Origin: Entomortierella parvispora E1425
Taxonomy: Eukaryota > Fungi > Mortierellomycota
Assembly: GCA_020891255.1 (NCBI GenBank)
Contig: BQFW01000006.1
Span: forward strand, 1,426,001-1,490,000
Length of the DNA stretch: 64,000 nucleotides
Direction of reading: 5' to 3'
The translations under genes and the position numbers were made by a program. Of the stretch, positions 36,974 to 53,172 are shown in pieces. Numbering within the stretch: the first letter of the stretch is position 1; each line of letters opens with the position of its first letter. A model generated the notes under the pieces. The model did not search any database. It was not told the origin of the DNA and saw nothing but the letters and a program-made list of their open reading frames with translations.

Positions 36974-39731
36974 TAGAGTGAGTATAGGGGTCCAGAGAGA
37001 TGCGACAATGAGGTTTGGGCATTCTATTTGCCCAACGTCGCATAGTCACTTACGTATAGAGCCATCGGTAGCAGGTCCGCTTGGCTTCTTCCATAAATCC
37101 ATATTTCTCAAAGCCGATCCATGATATGATCTGATGCGGTGCCCAGCCGAAAGGATAGTCCCACTGCCGGTTAGGGCGCGCCAGCGTGATAAATCCTCTG
37201 GATCTCTCTGTACCCGAGACCAAACCTCCCATGACCTCAAACAGTGGCAGCGCTTTTGACCTAAGGTGTGTTATAATGAAATTTAGTTCCTCGTCAGTAT
37301 CTGTCGAAAGCAACAATGGATATGAGCTTCCTTTCTATCAACTTACATCATCTTCTCAGCCTTATCGCGGTCTGCGCATCCTGCCCACATGGTATAGAAG
37401 GTGGTCACACTCTCATAAGTGCCCATGGCCTTCAAACGCGTGTCATAGTCAAAATACATGGACCTCTCCTCGTTCCAGCAGTAACGATCGATCCTTTCCT
37501 GTCGAATCCGCGCTCTCTCGAACCACTCTTCCGAGGTGTGGAGGACCGTTTCCGGTCGACTCTTCCCTGCCTTCTCTAAAGTCAAACTCTCGTAACTCTC
37601 AAAGAAGGGGGTTTCAAACGAATCTCCGAAAATTGTCTGGATCGTTTCTGCAATGTCAATCTCGTACTTGTAGAGCAAGGCATTCAAATCCACAGTCGCA
37701 ATATCGGCACAGCAATTGTCGAGGCGATAAGTAGTGTCGTGGCCAGACTCGCGAACGGCACGATCATGTTTGAAATATGTATCCAGAGCTGGTTCCGAAA
37801 TTTTCCCTTCGTTGTAAAGCCGACTATACTCTGTGATTGACAGGCCTTTGGCGTCTGAGAAGGGCTTGATAACATGATCGAAATGCGTCGCCTCGGTTTC
37901 TGGGGGCATACCAATGCCTTCACTATAAAATCGAGACAGACCACATTCGGGATCCAGACGAGGTTCTGACATCCATACGGTAGAGTACTCCTTGATCGCC
38001 GCTGTCAAGACAGTTGCCAACCACTGGTTGTTCTCGGCCTCAAGACTGAAAGGCAAGCGATCATAGACTTTGAGCATCATGTCGGTCAAAAATGGAGGCT
38101 GCGTCCTCGTAAGGTAGTAACTGCGGTTGGCGTTGAGGATCTTGCCATAGTGCTGGATCTCGTATACAAAGTTATCGACCATTCCCTTGGCCAGCTCGAG
38201 ACGGCCATCCACCAGCAGACCCAATGATTCAAAGTAGGAGTCCCAACCGTACATTTCGTTGAAGCGACCTCCAGGCACGACAAACGGGACTCCCTTTAGA
38301 GTCTCGCGCTCCTCTTCGTCCACATGTTTGGTCATCGCCAAAGCCAAGATGCCTGGTTTCTCGTTGATCGACTGGACATACTTGGGTGTGATATCCTTAG
38401 GTAATTGCTGCACATCCAAACGGAGATGAGGCTTACTTACGCTCACAGCCTTGTAGTACTCTAGTACTTCGAGCTCATCGTAAGGAACGTAAATCCTAGG
38501 TGCTGTGTTCTTGGATCGGTTCTTAGGGTCGTTTGAGATGGTTTCCAGCCCTTCAGCATCTATGCGACGCGTCAGACCATCCCAAAAATGATGTCGAATC
38601 ATGCGCGAAAGACGATCAACAGGATTCTCGTTCAAACGAGCCTCATCCAAAACCACGTACTTTCGCCCATAGTCCTGAGCCAGGGAAAGTTCCTGTAGGA
38701 GGTTGCTGAGCATGTAGGTACCACGAATGTCGTACTTGTTGAACCCAGCAGAGTCGGCTGTTCCGAGGGTGATCACCTTGGGTCCAATGTCATTGACCGT
38801 AATCTGAAAGTCGCCATCTGTGTCTTCTTGCTCTAGGATGAGTCTTTGTGTTTCGTCTACGTCAATCAGAAACCGTCGTGGTTTGATAGCCTTGTCATCT
38901 ACGCGACAGGAGCCGGTGCGGAGATCAAACAAGAATCAATTTTCCGCTAAGCAAGATCTAGACCATTGACACGATTTCGTGCACGACGTCAGGTCACCAT
39001 TCCGCATCTTCGATCTTTACCGTGGGAGCCTCTCCTCTGTCTCCGGTACTTTGTAGTCCCGGAATCAGCCTGTGCATTGTTGTCGCCTGCGCCTGAGGTT
39101 GAGGTTTTGCTGGACTATGGGTGCCAAATGCAGAAACAAACAAATCGTCAACAGGGGATTCTTTTTTTTCTTGATAGGACCGCATGAATGATTGGATGAT
39201 AATGCAGAGAGAGATAGGGTCACTGCCAGGGAGTGGTTCCATCACAGTTTGTTGCACCGAATCGCTGCAACAAAGCACAAGAGGATAGGCAAACACACGC
39301 CCAACAAAGATAAGCCGTTGATGATTCATTCGTCCTTCTCTTTCAAGGGGGTAGTGGCGAGCGAACATCCACCCTCCATTCGATCCATACACACAGCCCT
39401 ATTTCGTTCTCTCTCCTTCCCTCGCCCAAAAGTCCTGTTCAAGGGAGGCCTGATTATACACGGTCCTTTTTTGGTTCCTGCCTTTGAAAGTCAGACAAGG
39501 CTCGATCGCCATCCGGGATTCAGAGCTTTACTGATACGCACGTTACACGAGAAAAAAGTACGGAAAAGGACCCTGAACCTCAGTCGTTCCGTAACAAAAA
39601 AAAAGAAGAGATCAACTTACACTTCCAAGGGTCCTGTGACGCGAGACATAGTTGGCATTGGCGTAGTACTCGTTTGCGGGCACGACAGTGGCCGAGGGAG
39701 GGTAGGCCATCTGTGGTGGGGAGTCGACCAT
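36613..39731 (-). CDS. NTH1: Neutral (regulated) trehalase, GH37, multi-exon
   Basis: Start MVDSPPQMAYPP...RHRTLGS; PKA site RRGSHD; Ca-binding EDTDGDFQITVND; PGGRFNEMYGWDSYF; RTQPPFLTDM; AVRESGHDTTYR; QWDYPFGWAPHQI; EGFGWMNASY. Confidence 0.97.
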
Positions 39732-40700
39732 CTTGATTCTAGGTGGTCTTTCAGTGATGTTCATCGCTGTCTGATCTTTGCGCAGAGTGGCAACGGTATC
39801 AGTTCAAGGGAAAGAAAGAAAGAAAGAGAGAGAGAGAGCGAGGGCAAGCAGAGGATCAGAAGTGTAATGTCGTTTTTCAATTGAATGTGCTATGATGCAG
39901 AGGAGCAGGAAAATGAGGAAATGAAAAGTGAATGGACTGGAGCAACGAATGAATGAATGACAAAGAAAAAAAGAAGAGAAGAGAGAGAGGCGGCATGTCT
40001 CCCCCGTCTTTCAGCCCAGCGCAGGGCAGGTGCCACTTGGCCAAATGCGACCAAGGTCCGTTATCGTTGTTTCGTTGTTTCTCGCTCGTTTGACCAGGCT
40101 GCGCTGTCTCGTGCCGTGGTCGGCCTTTTTTCGTCGTTTTTCTTCCCTTCTTCTCTTCTCTTCATTCCCAGGAAGATCCAAGTGATATCAATGGCGTTCC
40201 TGCCATTGTCTTTGTCCCCACACAAAAATATCTTTCGTTATTACAATTAGGCATGAAAAATGAACCACAGCTCAGACAAGCGGATCAACATCAAAAAAGA
40301 ACGAGGAACGCCATGCTTGCTAATTGTTTGCCATCTAACTAGAAACCCCAAGCTCCGCCGATAGTTCTCTCGCTACATATATCCACGTAGACACTAACCC
40401 GAGAATCGTCATCATGATGGTACTTGACAAAAAATGATCCTGGTCCAGTCTTCCTTCCCGTGTCTGCAGGAGTGGATTCGCACTAGCCAAATGCGGACGC
40501 GCGGAAGTTATACGCGTCGTTTCTTCTTTCCTCTCTTTCTGTTCCGTCTGTGACAAGGACCCCCGGGCCCTTGGTGGATCCAAAAGACGGTAGTGCTTAT
40601 CCATCTCTTTTGAAAACTTCACTCGTAAAAAGCAAAAGAAGGAAAGTTTATTATTGATACAAGGTGCGAGGTGGTTCTCTTCTTTTCATTATCATCTTCT

Positions 40701-43393
<2,693 letters not shown>

Positions 43394-44857
43394 TGTTGGG
43401 GACCCAGGCTGGATGAGATGTCTCCGTATCTTGTTCAAGGGTGGGGATTGCTGTTCGGACCAACTTTTTTTTTGTTCTTTTTTTTTGTTTGTCAAGTCCC
43501 TGAAGAACTATTGTCTGAAAACGAAAGGGGAGGTTCGTTGCACTAAACCAGAAGAGGTGAAAAAAAAAAAAAGACGGGATGGGTTCAAAGAGGGGGGCGC
43601 TAGCCAGAAGACTCAGAAGGGGGGGAAAATGAACAATAGTGAGCTATGTGGAAGGGTATTTGTACACTAAACAGGACCGAGTGTAAGGTATGGTGAAGGG
43701 AAAGAAAAGAGGATCAGATCGGAATGAGGGGAAGAATGGAGACTTGGTTGAATGGCGACCTGCTGCAAACTGGAATGTCGTCCAGAAAGTTACGAGGGGA
43801 GAAAGAAGGGGTTGTCTATGCAAGAATAGAAATACAGGGACAGGACTAGGACTGGGCTACGGCCGCGGCTTTGAAAAAAGGTGTCAAGGGCAATGGTAAG
43901 GCGGTGCACATGCAGATGCAGAGATGAAGAGATGATGAATGAAAAAGAGATGTGGATGGGAAGTCGAGGAGGAGGGGGTGAGTTCAGCCGCTGTTCACTT
44001 CCATAAGCCAAGCCAGAGGGGTGTTCAGCATCCATCCACGCGCTTTCCGCGGCCAAGAGGTCCAGGTCCAATTACACCTGAACACCGGGAATTCCCTGCT
44101 CCGCTGGGCTGCATAGGGCCACAACGGTCTGCACGCACTAGCTTGGTGAGCAATTGGGGGAGGGGGGGGGGGACCTTTTTTTTCTTTCAGCAGCAGGCTG
44201 GAATGCGGATCCTCCTGTGGGGATACCTCAGCAACAGAACGCACAAAAGAACAATGACAGGAAAAAAAATGAGAGCAATTGTTTTTATTTTTTTTCATTT
44301 TTCAGCTCAGTCCTATTCCCCTTTGGAGGTTCTGTGCCTGTCACTGGTGCACACAAACTCAAGCAAGAGAGAAAGATATCAACAAAATTCACTTGAGAGC
44401 GTCCCTCAACTGGAAAAACATAATGCACACGCAAGCGGGCGAACATTGCGGGAGCAATTGTCGGCTTATGAGTGAACATTGGAGCGATGGATGGCACGTC
44501 CCGAGTCACGACAGGAAAGGGCCAGACACAGAAAGTGAGGGAGAAGGTAAGAGACAGAGAGTGGTGTGAGAGAGAGGACGAACGGGAGAACATTCGAGTC
44601 GACAGCATTAGGGTTGGCGATCGCAGTGAGATCTGGCTTGGGGGGATATCTCCGACCCAAAAGGAAAAAAGAAACACGCGCGGGTGTGGCATGGGAAACG
44701 CTCTGTCAATTATAGAGGGTCCGTCTTGGGTCACGTGGTATATATGTATTTGCACAATGCAACTGTGCCTCCACTCAGTTGGTGGCAATAACAACCGTTC
44801 CTGCAGCAATAATTCATTATTCATTCCTCTGCGCATTCATTCCTCCTTCCACACAAC

Positions 44858-46865
44858 ATGTCTTGCTCAGTCGACGAACCTACTATGACCACGGCCGAGA
44901 AGAGGGGTATGATCTGTATTCGGGATCCGTTTGCTAGGAGCCAGTACATTGAGAAGTGATTTACTAATCTGCTTTACTCCTGAACATAATAGCCAAGGAC
45001 AGAGCTGTCCATGCTGGGTTCTGTTGCAAATGCAAGACTGAGAAATCAACCATCACTATTCGCTATGCCGAGTACTGCGAGTATGTCCATTCTCTTTGTT
45101 TTATATTGTGCATTAGGATGCAGCTCTTGCAATGGAGAAGGCTTGATCCTTCAAGAATCAGTCCTTGCACTCAATCTAACCTTTCGCTCTTTCCGTAGTC
45201 CTTGCTTCGTATTCTCTCTTGATTCAAAGTTCAGGACAGCGCTTCGGAATGCTCGACCACACAGAGTTGTAAACCCTGAGAATCTGATGCTTGCGTTTTC
45301 AGGAGGATCTTGTTCAAGGTAAACAGGCGTACACTGTCACGGACTTTTTCTCCGAGGTAGAGACACTTGTCTGTATTAACTAACATTACATAATTTGATC
45401 CTAATAGGTCCCTGATCCACCTGTTCAATGTCTTTCACTCTCTGCCTCCAGAGGTTGTCTCTAACAAGATGCACCCAAAGGTCTACAATGAAATCCATGT
45501 CTGCCATATTGACGAATCTTCACTTCAGGAGCAGGATCAGGAAGGATTGGCGGAACTTTCAACAATGGGCAAGGCCAGGGAAATCGCAGAGAGCTACAAC
45601 TACAGGTTCCATGGAGTCCACATTGAAGATATCTATGACCCAGAGTGGTCAGACTCAAAGTGCTTTAGTGCTGTGGCCACTTTGGTGACCTCTCTTCCAA
45701 AGGATCAGCTTGCCATTTCAGGTCAGGCTCCCGATCTGTTGTCACATCTCGCTCCTCTCCCAGCAGTTTCAAGGCAGGACAGGATCACGAAGCTCAAGGC
45801 ACTTTTGGCAGCGTGCACAACCTTGACTTGCAAGGAGACGATATTGAGCCATTTCCGATCTAGTCTGTTGTTCCAGCTGACAAAGAGGGCAAATTGCGAC
45901 GTCCTTGTCCTTGGCGACTCGGCTACCAAGGTTGCCATTCAGATCATTGGACTGACCGCCATTGGTCGTGGATTCTCACTGCCACTTGAGACGACCGCAA
46001 TCTCAAATTGGGTCCCTAATTGCAAAGTACTTCGACCTTTGAAGGACAGTCTTCTCAAGGAGCTGGATATTTACTGCAGACTACAGAATCTACAGACCAT
46101 CGAGGGACACTCTGCAGATCTTGCCTATACTGTTCAATCTAAGGCTGAAGTCAAGAGTATTTCCAGGCTGACAGAAGAGTTTATTACAGGATTGGACAAG
46201 GACTTCCCATCCACTGCGGCCACCGTGTGCAGAACGGCAGCCAAACTGACGGCGCCTGAAGTTTTGTACCAGGACAGATGCCCACTCTGCCACGGGTATG
46301 AGATCGATTGGATTATTTCTGTTTGAAATGGTGATATGAATGGTGTGAAGACTGATGTGTTGTTCCTCCTCATTCTAGGCCTGTACAAAAGGGAGTTAAA
46401 GAGTGGAAAAACCGTATTACAGTGATGACACCCCCTAATGCTACCGTCGAGCCTGCAAAGCCTGCAGGACAAGCCGATGATGGCTGCTGCTCGTCGAACG
46501 ACAATAGTGCGACTTGCTGTAGCAGTGGGCCAAGCAATGGTCCTTCAGCCTGCAGCTCTACCCGTCAAAAAGTGGATGATGGTGATGCGCTCCCCTTTTC
46601 GTCCATGTTGTGTTATGGATGCCTCACCAACTTGCGCGATCTGGATTTGAAGTCGATGGGAAATCTCTCTGGCGCAGAGGAAAGGTCGTTTGAGCTGCCT
46701 CCCCTGGTGGCAGAGGGCATTGCTGACCGTCTTGGATACAAGACCGTAGAAGAGGCTCTGGCGCAGTCAACAAAGGCGGACCCCAGGGAGAGCCTGCGAG
46801 CGCAGATCCAGGAGTTTTTGATTGATGATGACAGTGATGGCGACGAGGAAGATGGCCAGCCATAG
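44858..46865 (+). CDS. NCS2: Cytoplasmic tRNA 2-thiolation protein 2 (Ncs2/CTU2), multi-exon
   Basis: CCKCKTEKSTITIRYAEYC..CF; MLAFSGGSCSR; LVLGDSATKVAIQIIGLTAIGRGFSLP; LRPLKDSLLKEL; KSISRLTEEFITGLDKDFPSTAATVCRTAAKL; CPLC; LCYGC; QIQEFLI. Confidence 0.93.
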
Positions 46866-47279
46866 ATGTTAAGAAGGGCAGTAAAGAAAAGTAAAAAAAA
46901 AAAAAAGAAAAAGAAAAGGATACGATACCATGCGTTTGCATATGACAAATAAAGCGCACCGACCGACAGCGCCAGGACAGGGGCACCCCGGGCCCAATCA
47001 TTGAGCGCTCTTTTCTTCCCTTGTCCCTTTTTCTCATCCATCCATTCATCCATCCATTCATCCATCACTCCACCCCTTGTTCCCTTGTTCCCTTGTTACA
47101 TCCCCTCCGGCTCATCCTTGTCCTCTTCTGCTCCTCTCCATTCCCTCCATTCCCTCCATTCGCTCCATTCCCTCCATTCCCTCCCTCTCTCTCTTTCCCC
47201 CTCCTTCATCCCCTCCTTCTATTCTCAAATCATACTCGCTGCATCCTGCCTCTCTTCTTCCTTCATCCCCCCGTTCAGC

Positions 47280-49208
47280 ATGGAGTCTTCCGGCGAGGCC
47301 TTTGATTCGCTTTGTCGTTCAGTCTTCCTGTCCAACAACAACAATGAGGACTTGCCTTCTGATGAAGAGACGGCTCTGAGTCTCTTGTCCCAGGCCAGGG
47401 TCTATGAGCTTCCTTCGACCTTTGTTCCTCCTGTAGGAGCCCCAGCGGTGGGCAAGGACCGGCGCTGCTATCGGATCCACCTAGACAGTCTCCAAGACCG
47501 TCCCTTGGTACAGCGGGCTGTCCATGGGATCCTGGTCAAGGGCATCAGTCCGGGCGCACTGTGGGAGCTTCCCTTTGATAGGAACCTGACCGGTTACAGC
47601 ACCCAGTCGAGGTCCGAGGTCGTGGAGGCACCTTTGCAGACAAACGTGGTCCTTGATATGGAGGGACTAGAATCATCCACAGAGCATGCAGCCGCCACCA
47701 CTGATGCCTCGGATGATCATTCACAGCAACAACACCAGAAAGTATCAGGGGAAACGATCATGCTGCTGATACCTACGCCCGAGTGGTTGCGCTTGACGGG
47801 CAGGATTCGCTACTGGCGAGCAGAGTCGCACCGCATAAAGTCGGCAGAGCGAGAAGCAAAGTTGGATTCATGGCTGGAAGAGCGCTGGAAAGGCAACCCG
47901 CTTTCCTCGTCCGTTCTTTCGTCACCACCCATGTCCTCTGGATCGCTGCTGGCCTCTGAGATCCCACCAAAGTCCCTGCCATCATCTCCTGTCTCGTCTG
48001 CTTCTTCTTCACCGGCCTCCTCCCCTCGCTCGTCGACGGTGCCGCAAGGAGGACTGGCACCTCTTTCACTGACCAGACCCTCCCTCTACAAACAACCTTT
48101 CCAGGAACAGCAGCTTGAGTCTCTTGTCGACTTTATGGTCCGCTATGGCGATGAACCCTCTGCAGCATCACTACTGAAGGGCCTGTTAGACCTGTGTAGA
48201 CGACAAGTGACAGAAACAACAGTATATGCTTGGACCATCGACAGAGCCAACTTGACGGAACAAAAGCCAGAAGTTTCCGAGGCATTCTTAAACTTGATGG
48301 CCAGACTAGGCTTTGAGTATGTCAACTCTGTGGAGGAACAACAGGCGCATCTCTTGCAATTACAGCAGTTACAACAGCGGGAGCAGGAACAGGAGCCATC
48401 CAGCAATGGCCTACTCTCGTCACCGTCACCGTCCTCGACCTCTGCTGTGCCTCTCCCACCGTTGCAGACATCAACGTCATTTCTATCCGTCGCTTCGGAT
48501 GCAACAGCTGTGGACCCCACCAAGGCTCTCACCAGCAGTGAAGGCAATAGCAGCCATCTCAGCAAACGCTCAACAGAGATAAAGTGGACCCTGGGCTCCA
48601 AGGTGGACGACCGAAGACTCGAATACTGGATTCATAATGTCCAGCAGCCAACTCTTCCTGTGCTCCAGATGGATGGAGGATCGATTTTACCCCTGAATTT
48701 TGCGGCGGCTGGAACTAGCAGTCACAGCGAAGGCGATCTTACTCTTCCAACGATTTCCAGCCCAAAGAAGAAGTCTGCATCGTCCTTGGATTCTGAGGAG
48801 CCATCATTATCACAACACAAGACTCAGCCTCAGAGCGACAAGAAGCCCAATCCTATTCCAGTACAGGTCCGAAAGCGATTCCTGCAAGATAAACACACTA
48901 TACCCGCAGGATCCATTCAGGCTTTGACACAATTCAATGGTACGACAGTGGTGGTTCGAGACCGGGCATTTGTAGCTTTAACAAGTGCATACCGTCTAAG
49001 TGGAGCGGAGCAAGGATCCGGAGGAATGTTTGTAGACAAAGTCAAGAACGATGTCAAATACTTGGCTCGGTGGGCGAGTACCTGTGGAGGACGCTTGGAC
49101 TGGATCTGGACTTGGCTCTTCAGTTCCTTCCAGCGCTCCCGACGATCTGGTAGCAGTGACGGTCAAGATGCCCACAGGCGGCCAAGATTGAACGACGAGA
49201 ACGTGTAA
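47280..49208 (+). CDS. Hypothetical protein, intronless, 642 aa, no domain recognised
   Basis: Long uninterrupted ORF from ATG 47280 (MESSGEAFDSL...) after a pyrimidine-rich leader. Globular-looking blocks alternate with Ser/Pro/Gln-rich linkers. Confidence 0.75.
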   Translation: MESSGEAFDSLCRSVFLSNNNNEDLPSDEETALSLLSQARVYELPSTFVPPVGAPAVGKDRRCYRIHLDSLQDRPLVQRAVHGILVKGISPGALWELPFDRNLTGYSTQSRSEVVEAPLQTNVVLDMEGLESSTEHAAATTDASDDHSQQQHQKVSGETIMLLIPTPEWLRLTGRIRYWRAESHRIKSAEREAKLDSWLEERWKGNPLSSSVLSSPPMSSGSLLASEIPPKSLPSSPVSSASSSPASSPRSSTVPQGGLAPLSLTRPSLYKQPFQEQQLESLVDFMVRYGDEPSAASLLKGLLDLCRRQVTETTVYAWTIDRANLTEQKPEVSEAFLNLMARLGFEYVNSVEEQQAHLLQLQQLQQREQEQEPSSNGLLSSPSPSSTSAVPLPPLQTSTSFLSVASDATAVDPTKALTSSEGNSSHLSKRSTEIKWTLGSKVDDRRLEYWIHNVQQPTLPVLQMDGGSILPLNFAAAGTSSHSEGDLTLPTISSPKKKSASSLDSEEPSLSQHKTQPQSDKKPNPIPVQVRKRFLQDKHTIPAGSIQALTQFNGTTVVVRDRAFVALTSAYRLSGAEQGSGGMFVDKVKNDVKYLARWASTCGGRLDWIWTWLFSSFQRSRRSGSSDGQDAHRRPRLNDENV

Positions 49209-50191
49209 TCTCTTGAGTGTTGGGAGACTGTACAATTTTACTTTAGATATGGAGAGCAGCACTTACTGCGTCCAATATATACCTTGTTCTATCATCTGCA
49301 GCATATTACGATGTATTGTCGAAGGAAATGCAGAGCGGGCAAGGATGACACGCCTCCAGGTCCATTTCTATCCACCCTCACTGCAGCCGTTTTGCCTTGA
49401 ACGGTCGACGGCCACATACAGTGCGGTGAAATGGACGTGATGCCTCTATGTAGAAGCGACAAAAAGGAAAGCCAAGCCAAAATGACCATCACCCTCAGTC
49501 ATCACCCTCCCTTCCTTCCTTCTCGCGAACGTTTCGATTACTCATGATGAGTTCCCTTTGTTTTTGCTCCTTCATAAATTTGTCATCCACCAACACCTTC
49601 CCCCCCGAGAAATGTGGCTGGACCTCGATCATTTTCGATCACTCAATTGAGTTTTTGACGCTGCACAATACAAAAAACAACAACAACAACATCAAGGGAG
49701 TTTTGCCACGTTTTTTTTTTTATCTTTCAAACGCTGCGGCTCCACCCTTCTGTGGAGGCATTTATTGAACGGGTAATTATAAATCTACAGAGAGAGCCTT
49801 TGTTCTATCTCCCCCTTCCTTCTTCTCAATCCGTGCTCTCCCTGAGGAGTATCAAAAGCCGAGAAAGAACAAAAGAGGACGAATTAAAATAAAGGAAGGA
49901 AGGAAGGAAGGAAAAGAGTCGACAGATTTCGCTGTGCTCTTTGGAGAGAGTTGCGCACGCCGTCGGCTCTGTTGTTTGTTGTTTTGTTTTTAGAATAGTA
50001 TGGCAAGCAATAATAGAGTACATTGGGCTGAGAAAGAGAAAGAAAGAAAGAAAGAGAGAGCAGGAAAGGAAGGAAACAACTGGTCTGGAGACTTAAATTT
50101 GCTGCAGGGAAGAAGGAGAGCAGGGGGAGGGGGGGAAGTCAGGGGAGTGAACTGAGCGGAGGAGGTGGCAAAAAAAAAAAAGCAGGGTGTG

Positions 50192-50440
50192 TTACTGCGG
50201 CGCGGCTACCATATCGCTGTCACTGTCGTTCCCGCTAAAGTCGCCTTCGTCTTCTTCTTCTTCGTCCTCATCAGGCTGCTCTGGTTCTTCTTCTGTGTAG
50301 CCTTGTCCTTCAGTGATATCATGTTCCAAGAACAAGAACGGGGGGACAGTCTCAGTGTTCTCGGTAAAGGAAGAGGTAGGTGAGCCCGTGGTGGGGGGAG
50401 ATTCGGGGTACTTGCTTGGAATGTTAGCCTTAGTGAGCAT
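50192..50440 (-). CDS. Small acidic protein A (82 aa), member of the candidate micro-protein cluster
   Basis: MLTKANIPSKYPESP...PPFLFLEHD...EEEPEQPDEDEEEEDEGD. ATG start, TATAAAA at 50749-50743, CA-rich leader. Confidence 0.6.
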   Translation of the reverse strand: MLTKANIPSKYPESPPTTGSPTSSFTENTETVPPFLFLEHDITEGQGYTEEEPEQPDEDEEEEDEGDFSGNDSDSDMVAAPQ

Positions 50441-50742
50441 TGCGTTTTTGTGTTGCGTGCAGCGTGTGTGTGTGCTTCTCTGTTTGGATTATTTGATTTT
50501 TTTGTGTCTGAGGTAAGGTCGCTGTATGGCAGGGGGGAAGGAGAGCTGAGGCGTTTGCGCTGCGTCTTTGTGATTGGAGGTGGAAATTGAAGGTTACAAG
50601 GAATGTGAGAGAAAGATGTGGAGATTATCGACGAATTGGGCAAGGTGGATGAGAGGGGGTTTTTTTTCGGGTTGCAGGGAAATGAAAAGAAATTGTGTAG
50701 CATGGAAGGAATTGAGGACGAAAACTGGCCAAAGGTGGATGC

Positions 50743-50749
50743 TTTTATA
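50743..50749 (-). promoter_or_regulatory. Putative TATA box for small ORF A
   Basis: GCTATAAAAG on the minus strand, ~300 nt upstream of ATG 50440. Confidence 0.45.
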
Positions 50750-53165
50750 GCTGCCTCATGAGCAAGACAGACAACGCAGGATGGAGGGGGGGGGGGGGGG
50801 TGACACTCAATTGCGATTGCCTTGCCAATCTCTCAATTGCCAAGAAAGAGAATCGACACGTCAAGGGTGAGTGAAGTTCACGTTGCTTCGCCTTTTTTTT
50901 GCTGTTGATTGAAATGAGACTGGGCCAGAGAATGTGGCACACGGTGGAGGTGGAGCCAAGGACATGGTAGACATGAGAGGAGAGAATGAGAGTCGAGAGA
51001 GCAAAGATAGACAAGACAGACCTTCACAATGACTAATATTAACGACAGCGGAAATGGGAGTCGGCTCATCCAGGGCCCGGGGTAAAAGAAGGTGGAGATG
51101 AAGGTGGGATAGACCAAAGGCCAAGAGTCACCACACATGCATGTGCTGGGTCACTGGTTAAAGAAAAAAAACGGTGGCAAGCCCAACCGCAAAAGGCCAT
51201 CGTTTTCCCCCCTTCACTTCTGCCGCTTCCATTGCTACCAACACTGCTACTTTGCTGATGTGCTGCACAAAGTCATCTCTCTCTCATGATCCAACTGCTG
51301 AGATGACTCTGCCAATTATTTTTTTTAGGTGGTGCGCAATTGCTCTCCGAGGAGGAAGGATGGGGGCGAGGGGAAAGAGAGAAGAGGGTGACTGACTCTC
51401 TGTTTGTGCTTTCAATTGAAAAGGATAAAATTGTTTGTTTTTGTGCTCTGTTTTGTTCCATCTCGCCCTCATTGCACAAGGGGCTAATCTTTTTTGAAAC
51501 GACGCGCGGTTTTTTTTCACAGGCAGGGTGCACAATGGCCACACAAGGAGACTTTTGGAGTCATCAACTCTCAAAACAACAGCCCTCTTTCCATGCGAGC
51601 AAGTGAAGGAGCTACAAAACAGAGTCAGTTCAGTCTGTTCCTTTGACTAAACAAGAAACCTTGAGACACAAAAGAGAAGGTAAAAAAACGCAACGCCTCC
51701 ACTTACCTGGGAAGCATGACGGCCGCAAGAGATTCCATTGGCAAGAAATATGGAAGAAGGAGTGCCCCCTCCCTCCTGATCGGATAATTATACAAGAAAG
51801 GAAGACGTAAAGGGCGAAAGGGTAGAAGAGAGCGAAGGGGAAGTCAGTGTCGGAGTTGAAAGAGTCGACAAATGTGATCTGGAGGGAGGGACCATGGTTG
51901 CACAAAAGCGCCACAAGGTTAATGCAGCAGGGTAACTCTGTTGTTTCTCTGCAGCGTGAGTAGACAGAGTGGTTGAAAAAGAACATGGATCAAATCAACC
52001 AAGGCAACGAATATGGACGCATTGAATAGGATCCCATCCCCATCCCTCCCTTCCCCTTCAACTTTGACTTTGCATTCTCCCTCTATCTCTAACCGTTTTT
52101 GGAAGACATCAAAAAATGGAAGAGATTGAAGATGATCCATTGGGGACCGCAGCTCCAGAGTTATCACTGTTTACTCTCTGTTATCTTGAGGTCTTGTGGA
52201 GCATGACTGGAGTATGACATCGGGACCCCCTTGCTATTGTGACAACAGCAACAACAGCAACATCGACAACACGCAAACTTATCAAAGGTGTTTGTTTGCA
52301 CTGTATCAGGTGCTGTCTGTGTCACAAGTGTCTCCGCCAATGATCAAAGAAGATGTTTGCCACCACCGGCGGTTGTTTCCGACCCTCCAAGGGGCAGTTT
52401 GTTGCATGGCAAAGTGGGAAGCAAAAGACGGGAGATGGAAAGGTGAACCAGGGTGGCATGTAGAAAGCCTTGATGAAAATTAAGAGCAATCAATTTCCGT
52501 GGCGCTCCACACATGCAGGGCTAGATGAGGCACAGAGTGGCGAAGCTGTCCTTGTCGCACGGTTTCTGCTCAATGTTTTTGTTACTTGAGATTTCTCGGG
52601 GTTGTAGTCCAGGGTCCGGATCATTTTCACATTGCTCATGTTGATGCAAAGGAAACAAGTGTCGGAGGAGGAAGGGCCATGGTATTTGCCCTTTCTAAAA
52701 AAAAATACGAGCCCAACGCGAGCCCTCTGTATGAAATACATTCTCTGCAGCGAAAAGGAAAATGGAAAAAAAATCAAGGGTACCTTGAAAAAGCGTCCTC
52801 TCGTATGACCATGGTCGCTGCGGTAAGTCAGGGCATCGCTCATGCAGCTGATAAGCGAGCAACCCCAGCCAACCTCTTTTCAATTACAGAGGGGTGGGTG
52901 GGGAAATTCTGGTCGTTTTTTTTTTTCTTTTTTTTTTGTGGAATTCCTGAGCAGTGGGTTTTGGATGTCAACCAAGCCGAGAATTGTGGTCTCCGATTGG
53001 AGGCATTCGTTTTTCTCTCATTGTTCCTTTCAATGAATCAGGTCGTATCATTTGGTGCTCTTGTACATGTAATGTCTGTGTTTGCCTTCCTTCACCTGCG
53101 GCAGCAAAAGATAGACTCTGCACGACGCTCAGGCATGCTTCACTGCTGACCTGTCTTGGCAGCAG

Positions 53166-53172
53166 TATAAAA
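53166..53172 (+). promoter_or_regulatory. Putative TATA box for small ORF B
   Basis: GTATAAAAC, ~240 nt upstream of ATG 53409, followed by a CA- and pyrimidine-rich leader. Confidence 0.5.

Noticed and set aside
47140-47186. (CCATTCCCT)x5 tandem repeat read as part of the 47001 ORF
   Set aside because: It lies in the pyrimidine-rich leader before ATG 47280. The upstream ORF extension starts at a non-ATG codon and is low-complexity.
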